Part shown: in pieces, positions 45,110 to 53,652 of the stretch
Position numbering within the stretch: position 1 is the stretch's first letter
How the letters are laid out: each line of letters starts with the position of its first letter
DNA from: an uncultured Acidobacteriota bacterium
Lineage (GTDB): Bacteria; Acidobacteriota; Vicinamibacteria; Vicinamibacterales; CAVVIG01
DNA length: 64,000 nucleotides
NCBI GenBank assembly: GCA_963748265.1
Contig: CAVVIG010000009.1
Span: 72,374-136,373, forward strand
Direction of reading: 5' to 3'
Notes under the pieces: model-generated
Told to the model about the DNA's origin: nothing
Seen by the model: the letters and a program-made list of their open reading frames with translations, nothing else
The model's database searches: none
Translations under genes and position numbers: made by a program

Positions 45110-46176
45110 GGAACCGGCACCTGTTCGATGACCTCGTTGATCACCATGTCGACCGTGACGCCGTGGCTGGCGGCATGGGGTCCCAGCCAGATGCGATGGC
45201 TGAGCACGTACTTTGCCAGATCCTGGATGTCCTCGGGGTAGACTTCCGCGCGCCGGTGCTGGACGAGCGCCCATACTCGGGCCAGCCGTCCCCAGCAAAT
45301 CGTCGCCCGCGGTGACGCCCCCAGATCCACGCACTTTTCGACCAGCTCGGACGGCGAGTCTTGCTCCCACTCGGTCTCCGCATTTCGCGGCCTGGTTGCG
45401 CCGACCAGGCGCTGGATGTAAGTGGCCAGGTTCTTGTGGAGGAACACCTCGCGCGAAATCGCCGCGCGCAACTCGATAATCCGCTCCTTGGACATCAGCG
45501 GGTTGAGGTGGACCTGCTTGAAGTCGAAGTTCACGAGCTTCTCTTCCTCCTCGGGACGCAGGTACGGAATGTTCACCATGATCGCGAACCGATCGGTGGC
45601 CGCTTCCGACAGCGGAAAGGTACCCTGTCCAAGCTCGACCGGATTCATGGTCGCGATGGCGAAGCTGAACGCCGGCAATTGGTAGGTGGTCTTGCCGACG
45701 GTGACGGTCCGATCCTGCAGTCCCTCGAGAAACGCGCTCTGCGATTTCAGCGGGATGCGGTTGATCTCGTCGAGCAAAATCACTTCGGCCGAGGCCAGCG
45801 GCCCGAACTCCGTGACGAGCTCACCCGTCGCCGGATTGATCATCTGGAAACCAACCACCTCGTTCGGCTGCAGATCGGCGCGTCCCTGCAGCCGGGCGAA
45901 CTTTGCGTTGCTGATCGCCGCCAGAATGACGCCGAAGAAGGTCTTGCCGACACCGGGTACGCCTCGCAGCAGCAGATTGCCGGCGTTGACCTGCCGTTTC
46001 TGATCCTTGTCGTAGGTAGTCGGGATTTCCGACAGCAGGACGACATTGGCCAGGGCCTTTTCGGTCTCGTAGCCGACCAGCGCCTTGCTGCCTTCGGCGA
46101 CGATCGCCTGGTGGAAGTCGATCGCATCGAGGAGGTCCGGATGCATCACCGTCGGCGAAGGGGAAACAAGCACCAT
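45106..46176 (-). CDS. MoxR-family AAA+ ATPase
   Basis: Intact ORF: Walker A 'LLRGVPGVGKTF', Walker B 'VILLDEINRIPLKSQSAFLEGLQDRTVTV', 'FAIATMNPVELGQGTFPLSEAATDRF', 'LGASPRATI'. Confidence 0.92.
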   Translation of the reverse strand: MVLVSPSPTVMHPDLLDAIDFHQAIVAEGSKALVGYETEKALANVVLLSEIPTTYDKDQKRQVNAGNLLLRGVPGVGKTFFGVILAAISNAKFARLQGRADLQPNEVVGFQMINPATGELVTEFGPLASAEVILLDEINRIPLKSQSAFLEGLQDRTVTVGKTTYQLPAFSFAIATMNPVELGQGTFPLSEAATDRFAIMVNIPYLRPEEEEKLVNFDFKQVHLNPLMSKERIIELRAAISREVFLHKNLATYIQRLVGATRPRNAETEWEQDSPSELVEKCVDLGASPRATICWGRLARVWALVQHRRAEVYPEDIQDLAKYVLSHRIWLGPHAASHGVTVDMVINEVIEQVPVP

Positions 46177-46400
46177 AAATTAAGCGCCGGAAAAAGCGGT
46201 TTGATCGGTGCAACGAGCGCGGAGTGATCGTCCTGGCCCAGATGGCGGGGCGCTGCCGATCCGCAGAGACGGACGAGGGGTCCGCTGCGCCGGAAAATAC
46301 TACCATGCGGGGTAGCCGGAGCTTCGCGGACTCGGTATGCTCTGGCGGGCGGACGAAACGCCTCGCAGCCGGTGTGAAGGTCTGGCGGGCACGAGGCCGG

Positions 46401-46560
46401 CGATGCGCTCGACTGGCAAGGCGAGACCCGCCTCCGCCAAGGCTTCGGCGTGGCCTCGCCGAAGTTCGGGTGAACGCTGGCGAACGAAGTCGGGCGAGCG
46501 AGAATACCGGCCGTATTTTGAACGAGGAGCAACGCAGCCAGACGGGGATGGAGCGCCGGC
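46401..46560 (+). repeat. Copy A of a ~160-nt interspersed non-coding repeat
   Basis: gatgcgctcgactggcaaggcgagacccgcctccgccaaggcttcggcgtggcctcgccgaagttcggg...ggcgaacgaagtcgggcgagcgagaatacc...gaggagcaacgcagccagacgggg aligns along its whole length with the reverse complement of 52541-52710. Internal hairpin cttcggcg-tggcct-cgccgaag (46443-46464). Confidence 0.8.
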
Positions 46561-46608
46561 CGAAGGCAGCCGGGGTTTCACCCCAGGCTGCAAGGAAGGC
46601 TCTGGGCT

Positions 46609-47667
46609 GTGGGTTTCAGGCTTCGGGTGTTGGTCTTCAGACCGTGGATTCCCGTCGTATTTGGCGCAATCGGCTGCGTGATGATCGGGGCGCCTCGCGC
46701 CGCCACCCCGGCGCAACTGGCGGCCCCGCCGATCGACGTCGACGCCATTGCGAAGGCCGCCGGCGATCTTCCGCGGCTGCACAGCCTCCTCGTGAGCTGG
46801 CGAGGCTCCGTGATCGTCGAGCGCTATTTCAATGGTGCGCGGCCCACCCGGCTCGCCAACATCAAGTCCGCATCCAAGAGCCTCATTTCGGCCCTGGTCG
46901 GCATCGCCATCGAGCGTGGCCTGATTGCCGGTGTGCACCAGCCGATCGCGCCGTTCTTCAGCGATCCGCTCCGCCACGAGCCCGATTCGCGCAAGTCGAA
47001 GATTACGATCGAGAACCTGTTAACGATGCAGTCCGGTCTCGAGCCGACGAGCAACCGCAATTACGGCGCGTGGGTGCAGAGTCCACATTGGGTCCGCCAC
47101 ATCCTGCGCCGGCCGATCGAGAGCGAGCCCGGTACGACCATGCGGTACAGCACCGGCAACACGCACCTGTTGTCCGCCATCCTGACCACGGTCAGCGGGA
47201 AGAGCACGTGGCAGTTCGCACAAGAGAGCCTGGCACGCCCGCTGGGCTTTTCGCTGGCCGAGTGGCCGCGCGATCCTCAGGGCGTGTACTTCGGCGGCAA
47301 CGACATGCTGCTCTCGCCGCGTCAAATGCTGGCCTTCGGTGAGCTGTATCTGCGTCGCGGACGTGGAGGCGATCGACAAATCGTGCCGGCCGCATGGGTG
47401 GAGGCCTCGCTGATCCCGCGCACCCGATCGAACATCAGCGGACAGGATTACGGGTACGGCTGGTGGAGTCGCGAGATGGCCGGTGTGCGCGCGTATTTCG
47501 CCTGGGGCTTCGGCGGCCAGTTCATCTTCGTCGTGCCGGCGCTGGATCTGACGATTGCGTCGACCTCCTCCGCCACGGCGAGCGACGATCGTCGCCATCA
47601 CCGCCTGACCGTCGATGCGCTCATCGAGAGGCTCGTCATTGAGCCGATCAGCGCACTGCCGCGCTGA
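46609..47667 (+). CDS. Serine hydrolase, beta-lactamase/transpeptidase-like (class C family)
   Basis: Intact ORF (GTG start): 'IKSASKSLISALVGIAIERG' (SxxK), 'MRYSTGNTHLLSAIL' (YxN), 'GFGGQFIFVVP'. Hydrophobic N-terminus. Confidence 0.85.
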   Translation: MGFRLRVLVFRPWIPVVFGAIGCVMIGAPRAATPAQLAAPPIDVDAIAKAAGDLPRLHSLLVSWRGSVIVERYFNGARPTRLANIKSASKSLISALVGIAIERGLIAGVHQPIAPFFSDPLRHEPDSRKSKITIENLLTMQSGLEPTSNRNYGAWVQSPHWVRHILRRPIESEPGTTMRYSTGNTHLLSAILTTVSGKSTWQFAQESLARPLGFSLAEWPRDPQGVYFGGNDMLLSPRQMLAFGELYLRRGRGGDRQIVPAAWVEASLIPRTRSNISGQDYGYGWWSREMAGVRAYFAWGFGGQFIFVVPALDLTIASTSSATASDDRRHHRLTVDALIERLVIEPISALPR

Positions 47668-47750
47668 AGGTTGCGCCCTCCAGAGCGGAGAGCCCGGGAA
47701 CGGGCCTGCGTCCTCTCGGTTCGTGGCCGGCTCACAGTCCGCATCGTCCA

Positions 47751-47779
47751 TTGACAACCCGGTGATTTCAAGGGAGTAT
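47751..47779 (+). promoter_or_regulatory. Sigma-70-like promoter candidate
   Basis: TTGACA (47751-47756), 17-nt spacer, GAGTAT (47774-47779), about 65 nt upstream of ATG 47843. GAAGGAG RBS at 47828-47834. Confidence 0.3.
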
Positions 47780-47842
47780 TTTCTGCGCGGGGGCCGCGCT
47801 TCCCCAAAAGAATCAGAAGGTTGTCGAGAAGGAGTCGATCCG

Positions 47843-48649
47843 ATGCGGAACCGGTGTGCTCGTGTGATGATGGTCACGGCCGGCCTGTGGCTGGCGGTGG
47901 CGACGGTCAGTGGCCAGGCGCCGTACCGGGCCCCGCGGACGGGAGACGGGAAAGCCAATCTCAACGGCATCTGGCAGGCGCTCAACACTGCCAACTGGGA
48001 CATCGAGACGCATTCCGCGGCACCCGGGCTGATCAGCGCGCTCGGCGCCAGTAACGCGGTGCCGGGTGGACTCGGCGTCGTCGACGGCGAGATTCCCTAC
48101 CGACCCGAGGCGCTCGCGAAGAAGAAAGAGAACTACGCGAACCGGTTGAAGCTGGACCCGGAGATCATGTGTTATCTGCCGGGCGTGCCCCGCGCCACCT
48201 ACATGCCCTATCCCTTTCAGATCCTGCAGGGTCCGCGGCACGTCATGATCGTGCATGAATTCGCCAGCGCCGTGCGCACGGTTTACATGGACAAGAAGGA
48301 CCAGATTGAAGCGCCTGCCGACAGCTGGATGGGATGGTCGCATGGGCGGTGGGAAGGCGACACCCTCGTCGTCGACACGAAGGGATTCCTGGATCCCACC
48401 TGGTTCGACCGCGCGGGCAACTATCACAGCGACGCGCTGCACACGATCGAGCGCTTCACACCGCGGAGCCCCGAGACGCTGATGTACGAAGTCACGATCG
48501 AAGACCCGAAGGTGTTCACGCGGCCGTGGAAGATGAGCATGCCGCTCTATCGGCGTGTGGAACGCAACGCCCAGCTGTTTGAATATCTCTGTGTGCCGTT
48601 TGCGGAGGATGCGATCTGGGGCCACCTCCGCAGGCCGGCCAGCAACTGA
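47843..48649 (+). CDS. Secreted protein of unknown function
   Basis: In ORF 47615-48649. ATG 47843 follows GAAGGAG. 'MRNRCARVMMVTAGLWLAVATVSGQAPY' (signal), 'NLNGIWQALNTANWDIETH', 'YLPGVPRATYMPYPFQILQGPRHVMIVHEF', 'WSHGRWEGDTLVVDTKGF', 'YEVTIEDPKVFTRPWKMSMP'. The frame is intact. I recognise no family. Confidence 0.6.
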   Translation: MRNRCARVMMVTAGLWLAVATVSGQAPYRAPRTGDGKANLNGIWQALNTANWDIETHSAAPGLISALGASNAVPGGLGVVDGEIPYRPEALAKKKENYANRLKLDPEIMCYLPGVPRATYMPYPFQILQGPRHVMIVHEFASAVRTVYMDKKDQIEAPADSWMGWSHGRWEGDTLVVDTKGFLDPTWFDRAGNYHSDALHTIERFTPRSPETLMYEVTIEDPKVFTRPWKMSMPLYRRVERNAQLFEYLCVPFAEDAIWGHLRRPASN

Positions 48650-48713
48650 CGCGGCGGAGTCGCTCAGCTTTCGGTTGGTGCCAGCGGGCGGGTGATTAGC
48701 CGATCGCTGAATG

Positions 48714-49190
48714 TCAGGAGAGCAAACCGATCAGCCGCGCGCCCACGGTCACGGTCGTCCAGAGTGTGATGGAAACGAGGCCCACCACCTTACGCCAGAC
48801 TGGTCCGACGCGCCTTTCGTCCGCCTGGGTGACCCAGCGGCGAAGGGTGAACGTGAAGATCAAAGCCACGGCCAGGATTTCCATTTTTCCCCAGAAGAAC
48901 TCGCTGTAGTACTGCTTCGTGCCGGTCGAGAGCAGCTGAGGGATCCCAGTGAGGGTTAACGCGATGAACCCGCCGATCAGCCACGGCTGCGCGGCGCGCG
49001 CTAGCGACCCCACCGGTTGTCGAGTCAATCCCGTTCCCAACAGCCGCAAATCGACCATCAGGAGCGCGCCGGCGAACACCGTCAACGCCAGCAGGTGCAG
49101 GATATTGATCCCGGGGCCGAGCCACGGGGAGTTTCGGAGGACGCCGCTGATCTCGAGGTCCTGCATCCACTGAAAGAAGGGCAGCAGCAT
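48714..49190 (-). CDS. Four-TM membrane protein of unknown function (paralog 2)
   Basis: 158 codons from ATG 49190 in ORF 48714-49601: 'MLLPFFQWMQDLEISGVLRNSPWLGPGINILHLLALTVFAGALLMVDLRLLG...FFWGKMEILAVALIFTF...LVSITLWTTVTVGARLIG'. Clearly similar to the upstream gene. Confidence 0.65.
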   Translation of the reverse strand: MLLPFFQWMQDLEISGVLRNSPWLGPGINILHLLALTVFAGALLMVDLRLLGTGLTRQPVGSLARAAQPWLIGGFIALTLTGIPQLLSTGTKQYYSEFFWGKMEILAVALIFTFTLRRWVTQADERRVGPVWRKVVGLVSITLWTTVTVGARLIGLLS

Positions 49191-49204
49191 AAGGCCTGGA
49201 CTCC

Positions 49205-49714
49205 CTAATCCGACAAAGTCATGTAGTCGTAGGCGACCAATCGCCCGAAGACGATGACGCCCGTCCACAGCGCGATCGACAGGGCACCGGCGAGCCTGGC
49301 CCCGAACGGCCCCTTGGCGTCCGAGTCCCACGACGCCACGGAGCGGTAGGTGCTGTAATGGAACGCCAGGGCATTGGCGCCGGCCAGGCCCATCAGGACC
49401 ATCTTCACCCAGAAGAAAATCTTGAAGTAGAACCGCATCGGCTGGCCGTAAAAAAGCAGGAGTCCCGTGAGAGAGCTCAGCGCCATCCCGAGCATCTGCC
49501 AGGGAAACAGGCGCTTCTGGACCTGCGACACCGGCGTGTCGGTATAGGCGACTCCGACCAGACGCAGGTCCATCATGACGATCAGCCCTGCGAACAGGCA
49601 CATCGTCACCACATGCGCGGTCAACAGGAGGGGATAACCATAGAGCGACTCGCGGAGTGCGACGCTGCTAGGGAACTCGTTTACCCACTCGAACCAACTC
49701 CGCAAGATGACCAA
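49205..49714 (-). CDS. Four-TM membrane protein of unknown function (paralog 1)
   Basis: Intact ORF (TTG start five nt after GGAGGG): 'WFEWVNEFPSSVALRESLYGYPLLLTAHVVTMCLFAGLIVMMDLRLVG...FFWVKMVLMGLAGANALAF...ALSIALWTGVIVFGRLVA'. Confidence 0.65.
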   Translation of the reverse strand: MVILRSWFEWVNEFPSSVALRESLYGYPLLLTAHVVTMCLFAGLIVMMDLRLVGVAYTDTPVSQVQKRLFPWQMLGMALSSLTGLLLFYGQPMRFYFKIFFWVKMVLMGLAGANALAFHYSTYRSVASWDSDAKGPFGARLAGALSIALWTGVIVFGRLVAYDYMTLSD

Positions 49715-49753
49715 GCGACCCTCCAGACGCCAAACTCGAACACCGCCCAGGAG

Positions 49754-50326
49754 TTAGGGAATACAGCGGTTCTTCAGGTCTGGCTTGTCGCGATAGACCG
49801 CATGGCAGTTCTCGCACGCCTCGGACACCGTGCCCGACACCTCGACCATGCTGTCCATGTTCTTCGACTGAGCGGCCTTGAGCGCCGCCTGCCCTGCTGC
49901 CCGAAGTCCCTGAGCGAACTTCCTGAAGTCGGCCCGGTCCACGGGAACGGGTCGGCCGTTCGAACAGAGGCGTCCAGGCTTCAGGATGATATCTGCGGAC
50001 TCGGCGAGCGCGACGGCGGCGCTTTCGACAACCGGCCAGCCCGTATACACCTTCGCATACGTGCCGAAGGAGGCGTCCAGAGGTTTCTTGGGGTCGGCGG
50101 GATCATCGCTTTGAGTGGCGAAGATGAGGTTCGAGCTGTGAAACAGCACGCCGCGCATCACCTGGGCAAGGTTCCCGACAGGCGCCCCGGCCGCCGGCCT
50201 GGCGGCAGGTCCCTGAGCCGCTGGCTTGGCAGTAGGCGCGGGTGTCGCAGGTTTGGCCCCAGGTGCCTGCGCGGCGACCGCCGCGACCCAGAGCAGGAAT
50301 GCGAAACATACGCCGAGGACTCGCAT
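49754..50326 (-). CDS. Secreted c-type cytochrome with a single C-terminal CxxCH (cytochrome c'-/class II-like)
   Basis: 190 codons from ATG 50326 (GGAGGGG upstream) in ORF 49754-50836: signal 'MRVLGVCFAFLLWVAAVAAQA', Ala/Pro-rich linker, helical body, 'VSEACENCHAVYRD' near the C-terminus. Confidence 0.6.
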   Translation of the reverse strand: MRVLGVCFAFLLWVAAVAAQAPGAKPATPAPTAKPAAQGPAARPAAGAPVGNLAQVMRGVLFHSSNLIFATQSDDPADPKKPLDASFGTYAKVYTGWPVVESAAVALAESADIILKPGRLCSNGRPVPVDRADFRKFAQGLRAAGQAALKAAQSKNMDSMVEVSGTVSEACENCHAVYRDKPDLKNRCIP

Positions 50327-50471
50327 GATGGCCCCTCCGTTAGAAAGCAACGTGCGCTTCTGTCCGATCCGGTGATCGAGGTGGTCTCGGTCTGCCGCAA
50401 CACCTGACGTCCGCACTCTAACCGAGACATCCTTGATCCGGCAACTGAAGATTGCCTGACTCCAACCTGAC

Positions 50472-51787
50472 TCAATCGTAGGTACTCGCGTCCAAGGTGG
50501 GTGATGAGCTCTTCGCCTTTCAGATAGCGCAGCGTGTTCTTCAGCTTCATCAGTTGGATGAAAAGGTCGTGCTCCGGATACAGCCCCGGAGCGTGCACGG
50601 GACTCTTGAAATAGAACGAGAGCCACTCCTGGATGCCGTGCATGCCCGCGCGCTTGGCGAGATCCAGAAAGAGCGCCACGTCGAGCACGATCGGCGCCGC
50701 CAAGATGCTGTCGCGGCAGAGAAAATTGATTTTGAGCTGCATCGGGTACCCGAGCCAGCCCACGAGATCGATGTTGTCCCAGCCCTCTTTGTTGTCGCCG
50801 CGCGGCGGGTAGTAGTTGATCCGGACCACGTGACACAGATTGCCGTACAGGTCGGGATACAGCTGCGGTTGCAGGATATAGTCGAGCACCGACTTCTTGC
50901 TTTCCTCTTTGGTCTTGAACGACTCGGGGTCGTCGAGCACCTCACCGTCGCGGTTTCCCAGGATGTTCGTCGAGATACCAGCCGTCCACGCCGAGCAGCC
51001 GCGCCTTCAGCCCGGGGGCGACAATCGTCTTGATCAGCGTCTGCCCCGTCTTGAGGTCCTTTCCGGCAAGCGGTGAGCCGGTGCGGGCCGCGAGGTCCAC
51101 GAGCGCGGGGATGTCGGCCGTCAGGTTGGGTGCCGCGTTGGTGTACGGTATCCCTTCCCGGATTGCGGCGTAGGCGTAGATCATGCTTGAGGGAATGGCC
51201 GGGTCGTTCTGCTCGAGCGCGTGCTCGAAGCTGTCGAGCGACCCGTGGGCCGGCGTCTGGGTCATGAAGATCTCTGTGCTTCCGCACCAGACCATCACGA
51301 GACGTTCGAGTTTGTGATCGGCTTTGAATTTCCGGATGTCGGCGATGACCTGTTCCGCGAGGTCGCGCTTGTTCTTGCCCTTCTTGACGTTCGGGCCGTC
51401 GAGCCGCTTGACGTACCGCTGGTCGAAGACGGCCGGCCAGGGGCGGATCTTCTCGAGCTCCGGCCGCACCCGATCGAGCAGCGAGGGCTCGATCACTCCT
51501 GCCGTGCGCGCCGCGGCGTAGCAGTCGTCCTCGAAAATGTCCCAGCCCCCGAAGACGAGATCGTCGAGGCCTGACAGCGGCACGACATCGCTGATCTTGG
51601 GCGAACGTCCTTCTGTTCGCTTGCCGAGGCGAACCGTGCCCATCTGCGTCAGCGAGCCGATCGGCTTGGCGTAGCCCTTTCGGATCGCGAGTACCCCGGC
51701 AATCGTGGTCGTGCTGACAGCGCCGAGGCCGACCAGCAGTATGCCTAATTTTCCTTGCGCGGGAGCAATATCAACGGGAGTGGGCAC
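50472..51787 (-). CDS. ino1: myo-Inositol-1-phosphate synthase, 1-2 frame changes
   Basis: ORF 50942-51787: 'KLGILLVGLGAVSTTTIAGV', 'VFGGWDIFEDD', 'LVMVWCGSTE', 'GIPYTNAAPNLT', 'GKDLKTGQTLIKTIVAPGLKARLLGVDGW'. It continues as 'LDDPESFKTKEESKKSVLDYILQPQLYPDLYGNLCHVVRINYYPPRGDNKEGWDNIDLVGWLGYPMQLKINFLCRDSILAAPIVLD' (ORF 50158-50940). GTG start 51787. The stop is inferred. Confidence 0.9.
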
Positions 51788-51908
51788 GAGCGAAGACTAT
51801 ACAACAGACACTGTGGAGTTCACAGTTGACAGATCGCTCCTGATGATGACCGAGGTGCACCGAGTTCATGGCTCACACGCGGTTCCGGCTTTGGAGTTCG
51901 CAGATTGG

Positions 51909-51950
51909 CCGTCAACTGACTGTCAACTGTCAACGATGAACCCGTTGACA
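51909..51950. promoter_or_regulatory. TGTCAAC word array including a 7-9-7 palindrome (operator candidate) in a divergent promoter region
   Basis: ccgtcaactgactgtcaactgtcaacgatgaacccgttgaca. (c/t)GTCAAC occurs at 51910-51916, 51921-51927 and 51928-51934. TGTCAAC-N9-GTTGACA spans 51928-51950, 20 nt before ATG 51970. A further GTTGACA lies at 51825-51831. Confidence 0.45.
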
Positions 51951-51969
51951 GTAAACTACGCGCGGAACG

Positions 51970-52524
51970 ATGGCGATCCTCCGCCGCGACGACCCGTATC
52001 GGCTGATAGTCGGCATGACCGGTGTGCAGATGGGCGACCGCGTCGCGCAGATAGGATGTCCGGAGGGCGGACGTCTGGCTGCCATCGCCGGCAAGGTCGG
52101 CCTATCGGGTCGTGCCGTCGCGATCGTGCCCGAGGAGGTGTCGGCCGCGCGCGCCCGGAAAGCCGCCGCGCGCGAGGGCGTCCTGCTTGAGCTCGAAATT
52201 GCGCCGCCGACAACGCTGCCCTTCGAAGACGCCGCGTTCGATCTCGTCGTCGTCGACGATACGGGCGGACTGCTCGGGGGGATGGGTGCCGCCGATCGCG
52301 ATTCAGCGGTCCGCGAGGCGCTTCGCCTCCTGCGGCCGGGCGGCCGCGTGATGGTAATCGGTTCGGCGCCCCGGCCCGGCCTTGCGGCGCTCTTTACGCG
52401 GGCCGAGCGCGCTCCGCGCTTCGATCCGACTCCCGTGCTGCAGGCGGGCGGGTGCAAAGCGGTTCGCGTGCTGGCGGAACGTGAAGGGCTCGTCTTTGTC
52501 GAGGGTATGAAGCCTGGGGCCTGA
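51970..52524 (+). CDS. Small class I SAM-dependent methyltransferase-like protein
   Basis: Intact 184-aa ORF: 'RVAQIGCPEGGRLAAIAGKVG' (degenerate motif I), 'FDLVVVDD', 'LRLLRPGGRVMVIG'. Confidence 0.55.
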   Translation: MAILRRDDPYRLIVGMTGVQMGDRVAQIGCPEGGRLAAIAGKVGLSGRAVAIVPEEVSAARARKAAAREGVLLELEIAPPTTLPFEDAAFDLVVVDDTGGLLGGMGAADRDSAVREALRLLRPGGRVMVIGSAPRPGLAALFTRAERAPRFDPTPVLQAGGCKAVRVLAEREGLVFVEGMKPGA

Positions 52525-52540
52525 CAGCCGGTAGTGCCAC

Positions 52541-52710
52541 TCCATCTGCATTCGAGCGGCGCCGCATCCCGTCTGGCTGTGTTGCTCCTTCCTCAAATGT
52601 TCCCGATGATTCGATATTCGGTCGCCCACCTTCGTTCGCCACCCCCCGCGAACTTCGGCGCGCCGTAGCCTTGGCGGAGGCGGGTCGCGCCTTGCCGGAC
52701 GGGCGCATCT
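52541..52710 (-). repeat. Copy B (inverted) of the ~160-nt interspersed repeat
   Basis: The reverse complement reads agatgcgcccgtccggcaaggcgcgacccgcctccgccaaggctacggcgcgccgaagttcgcggggggtggcgaacgaaggtgggcgaccgaatatcg...gaaggagcaacacagccagacggg, which matches 46401-46560 apart from a 6-nt gap and scattered substitutions. Confidence 0.8.
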
Positions 52711-52806
52711 CCGCTCTTGGGGCGATGGAGTTGCACCAAGGGCTGTTAACGGCATTAAAATGGGCGGCGCGTTTCACCGACGCCGATCCGGGGGACGAGG
52801 ACTGAC

Positions 52807-53602
52807 GTGCCGAAATTCGCTGCCAACTTGACGATGATGTTCAACGAAGTCGGTTTTCTGGACCGATTTGCCGCGGCCGCCGCCGCGGGCTTTGCCGGGG
52901 TCGAATATCTGTTTCCTTACGAGTACGACCGGGAGCAGCTGCGGCAGCTCCTCGACCAGCACCGGCTCGTGCAGGTGCTCCACAACCTCCCGGCAGGCAA
53001 CTGGGCCGCCGGTGAACGAGGTATCGCATGCCATCCGGAGCGGACCGCCGAGTTCGCGGCGGGGGTGAATCAGGCGATCGAGTACGCGACGGCGCTCGGC
53101 TGCACGCAGGTGAACTGCCTGGCCGGGATCGTCCCCGCCGGCGTGGATGCCGCCGAAGCGCGCGCGACATTCGTATCGAATCTGCGGCTGGCCGCGAGGC
53201 GTCTCGAGTCGGCGAGCATCAAATTGCTGATCGAGCCGATCAACACGCGCGACATTCCCGGTTTCTTCCTGTGCCGCACCCAGCAGGCAGTGGAGATTCT
53301 CAAGGCGGTGGCGTCGGACAATCTGTTCATTCAGTACGACGTGTATCACATGCAGATCATGGAAGGCGATCTGGCGGCGACCTTCGAGCGCCATCGGCCG
53401 CTCATCGCTCACGTGCAGATTGCCGATCCTCCGGCGCGGAACGAGCCCGGTACCGGCGAAATCAATTTTCCCTTTCTGCTCGGCCGGATGGATTCGCTTG
53501 GATACTCTGGCTGGGTCGGATGCGAGGTACAAGCCCGCGGGCCGAACCACCGAAGGCCTCGGCTGGATGCGCCAATACGTCGAATCCTCGTCGGTCCGGT
53601 AA
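52807..53602 (+). CDS. hyi: Hydroxypyruvate isomerase, 1 frame change near 53525
   Basis: ORF 52807-54723 N-terminal part: 'MPKFAANLTMMFNEVGFLDRFAAAAAAGFAGVEYLFPY', 'NCLAGIVP', 'LLIEPINTRDIPGFFL', 'LFIQYDVYHMQIMEGDL', 'HVQIADPPARNEPGTGEINF'. The tail 'YKPAGRTTEGLGWMRQY' is in ORF 53420-53602. Confidence 0.9.
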
Positions 53603-53652
53603 TTTCACCGGGACTGCCGCAGCGATCGCCGATTCCACTCAGCAGGTTGAAC

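Noticed and set aside
43120-46227. Plus-strand ORFs 43120-44502 (460 aa), 43886-44932 (348 aa) and 45361-46227 (288 aa)
   Set aside because: They are antisense to the BatD-like, DUF58 and MoxR genes. No motifs are present, and their composition is typical of non-coding frames in GC-rich DNA.
46224-48003. ORFs 46224-47342 (plus, 372 aa), 46300-46977 (minus) and 47020-48003 (minus, 327 aa)
   Set aside because: They run through the non-coding repeat and out of frame or antisense across the serine hydrolase gene. They have no family signal.
46401-52710. Composite transposon or genomic island bounded by the inverted 160-nt repeats
   Set aside because: The 6-kb interval contains no transposase, integrase, recombinase or tRNA. 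I could see no target-site duplication. The content is ordinary chromosomal genes with composition like the flanks. The repeats are better explained as regulatory or REP-like elements.
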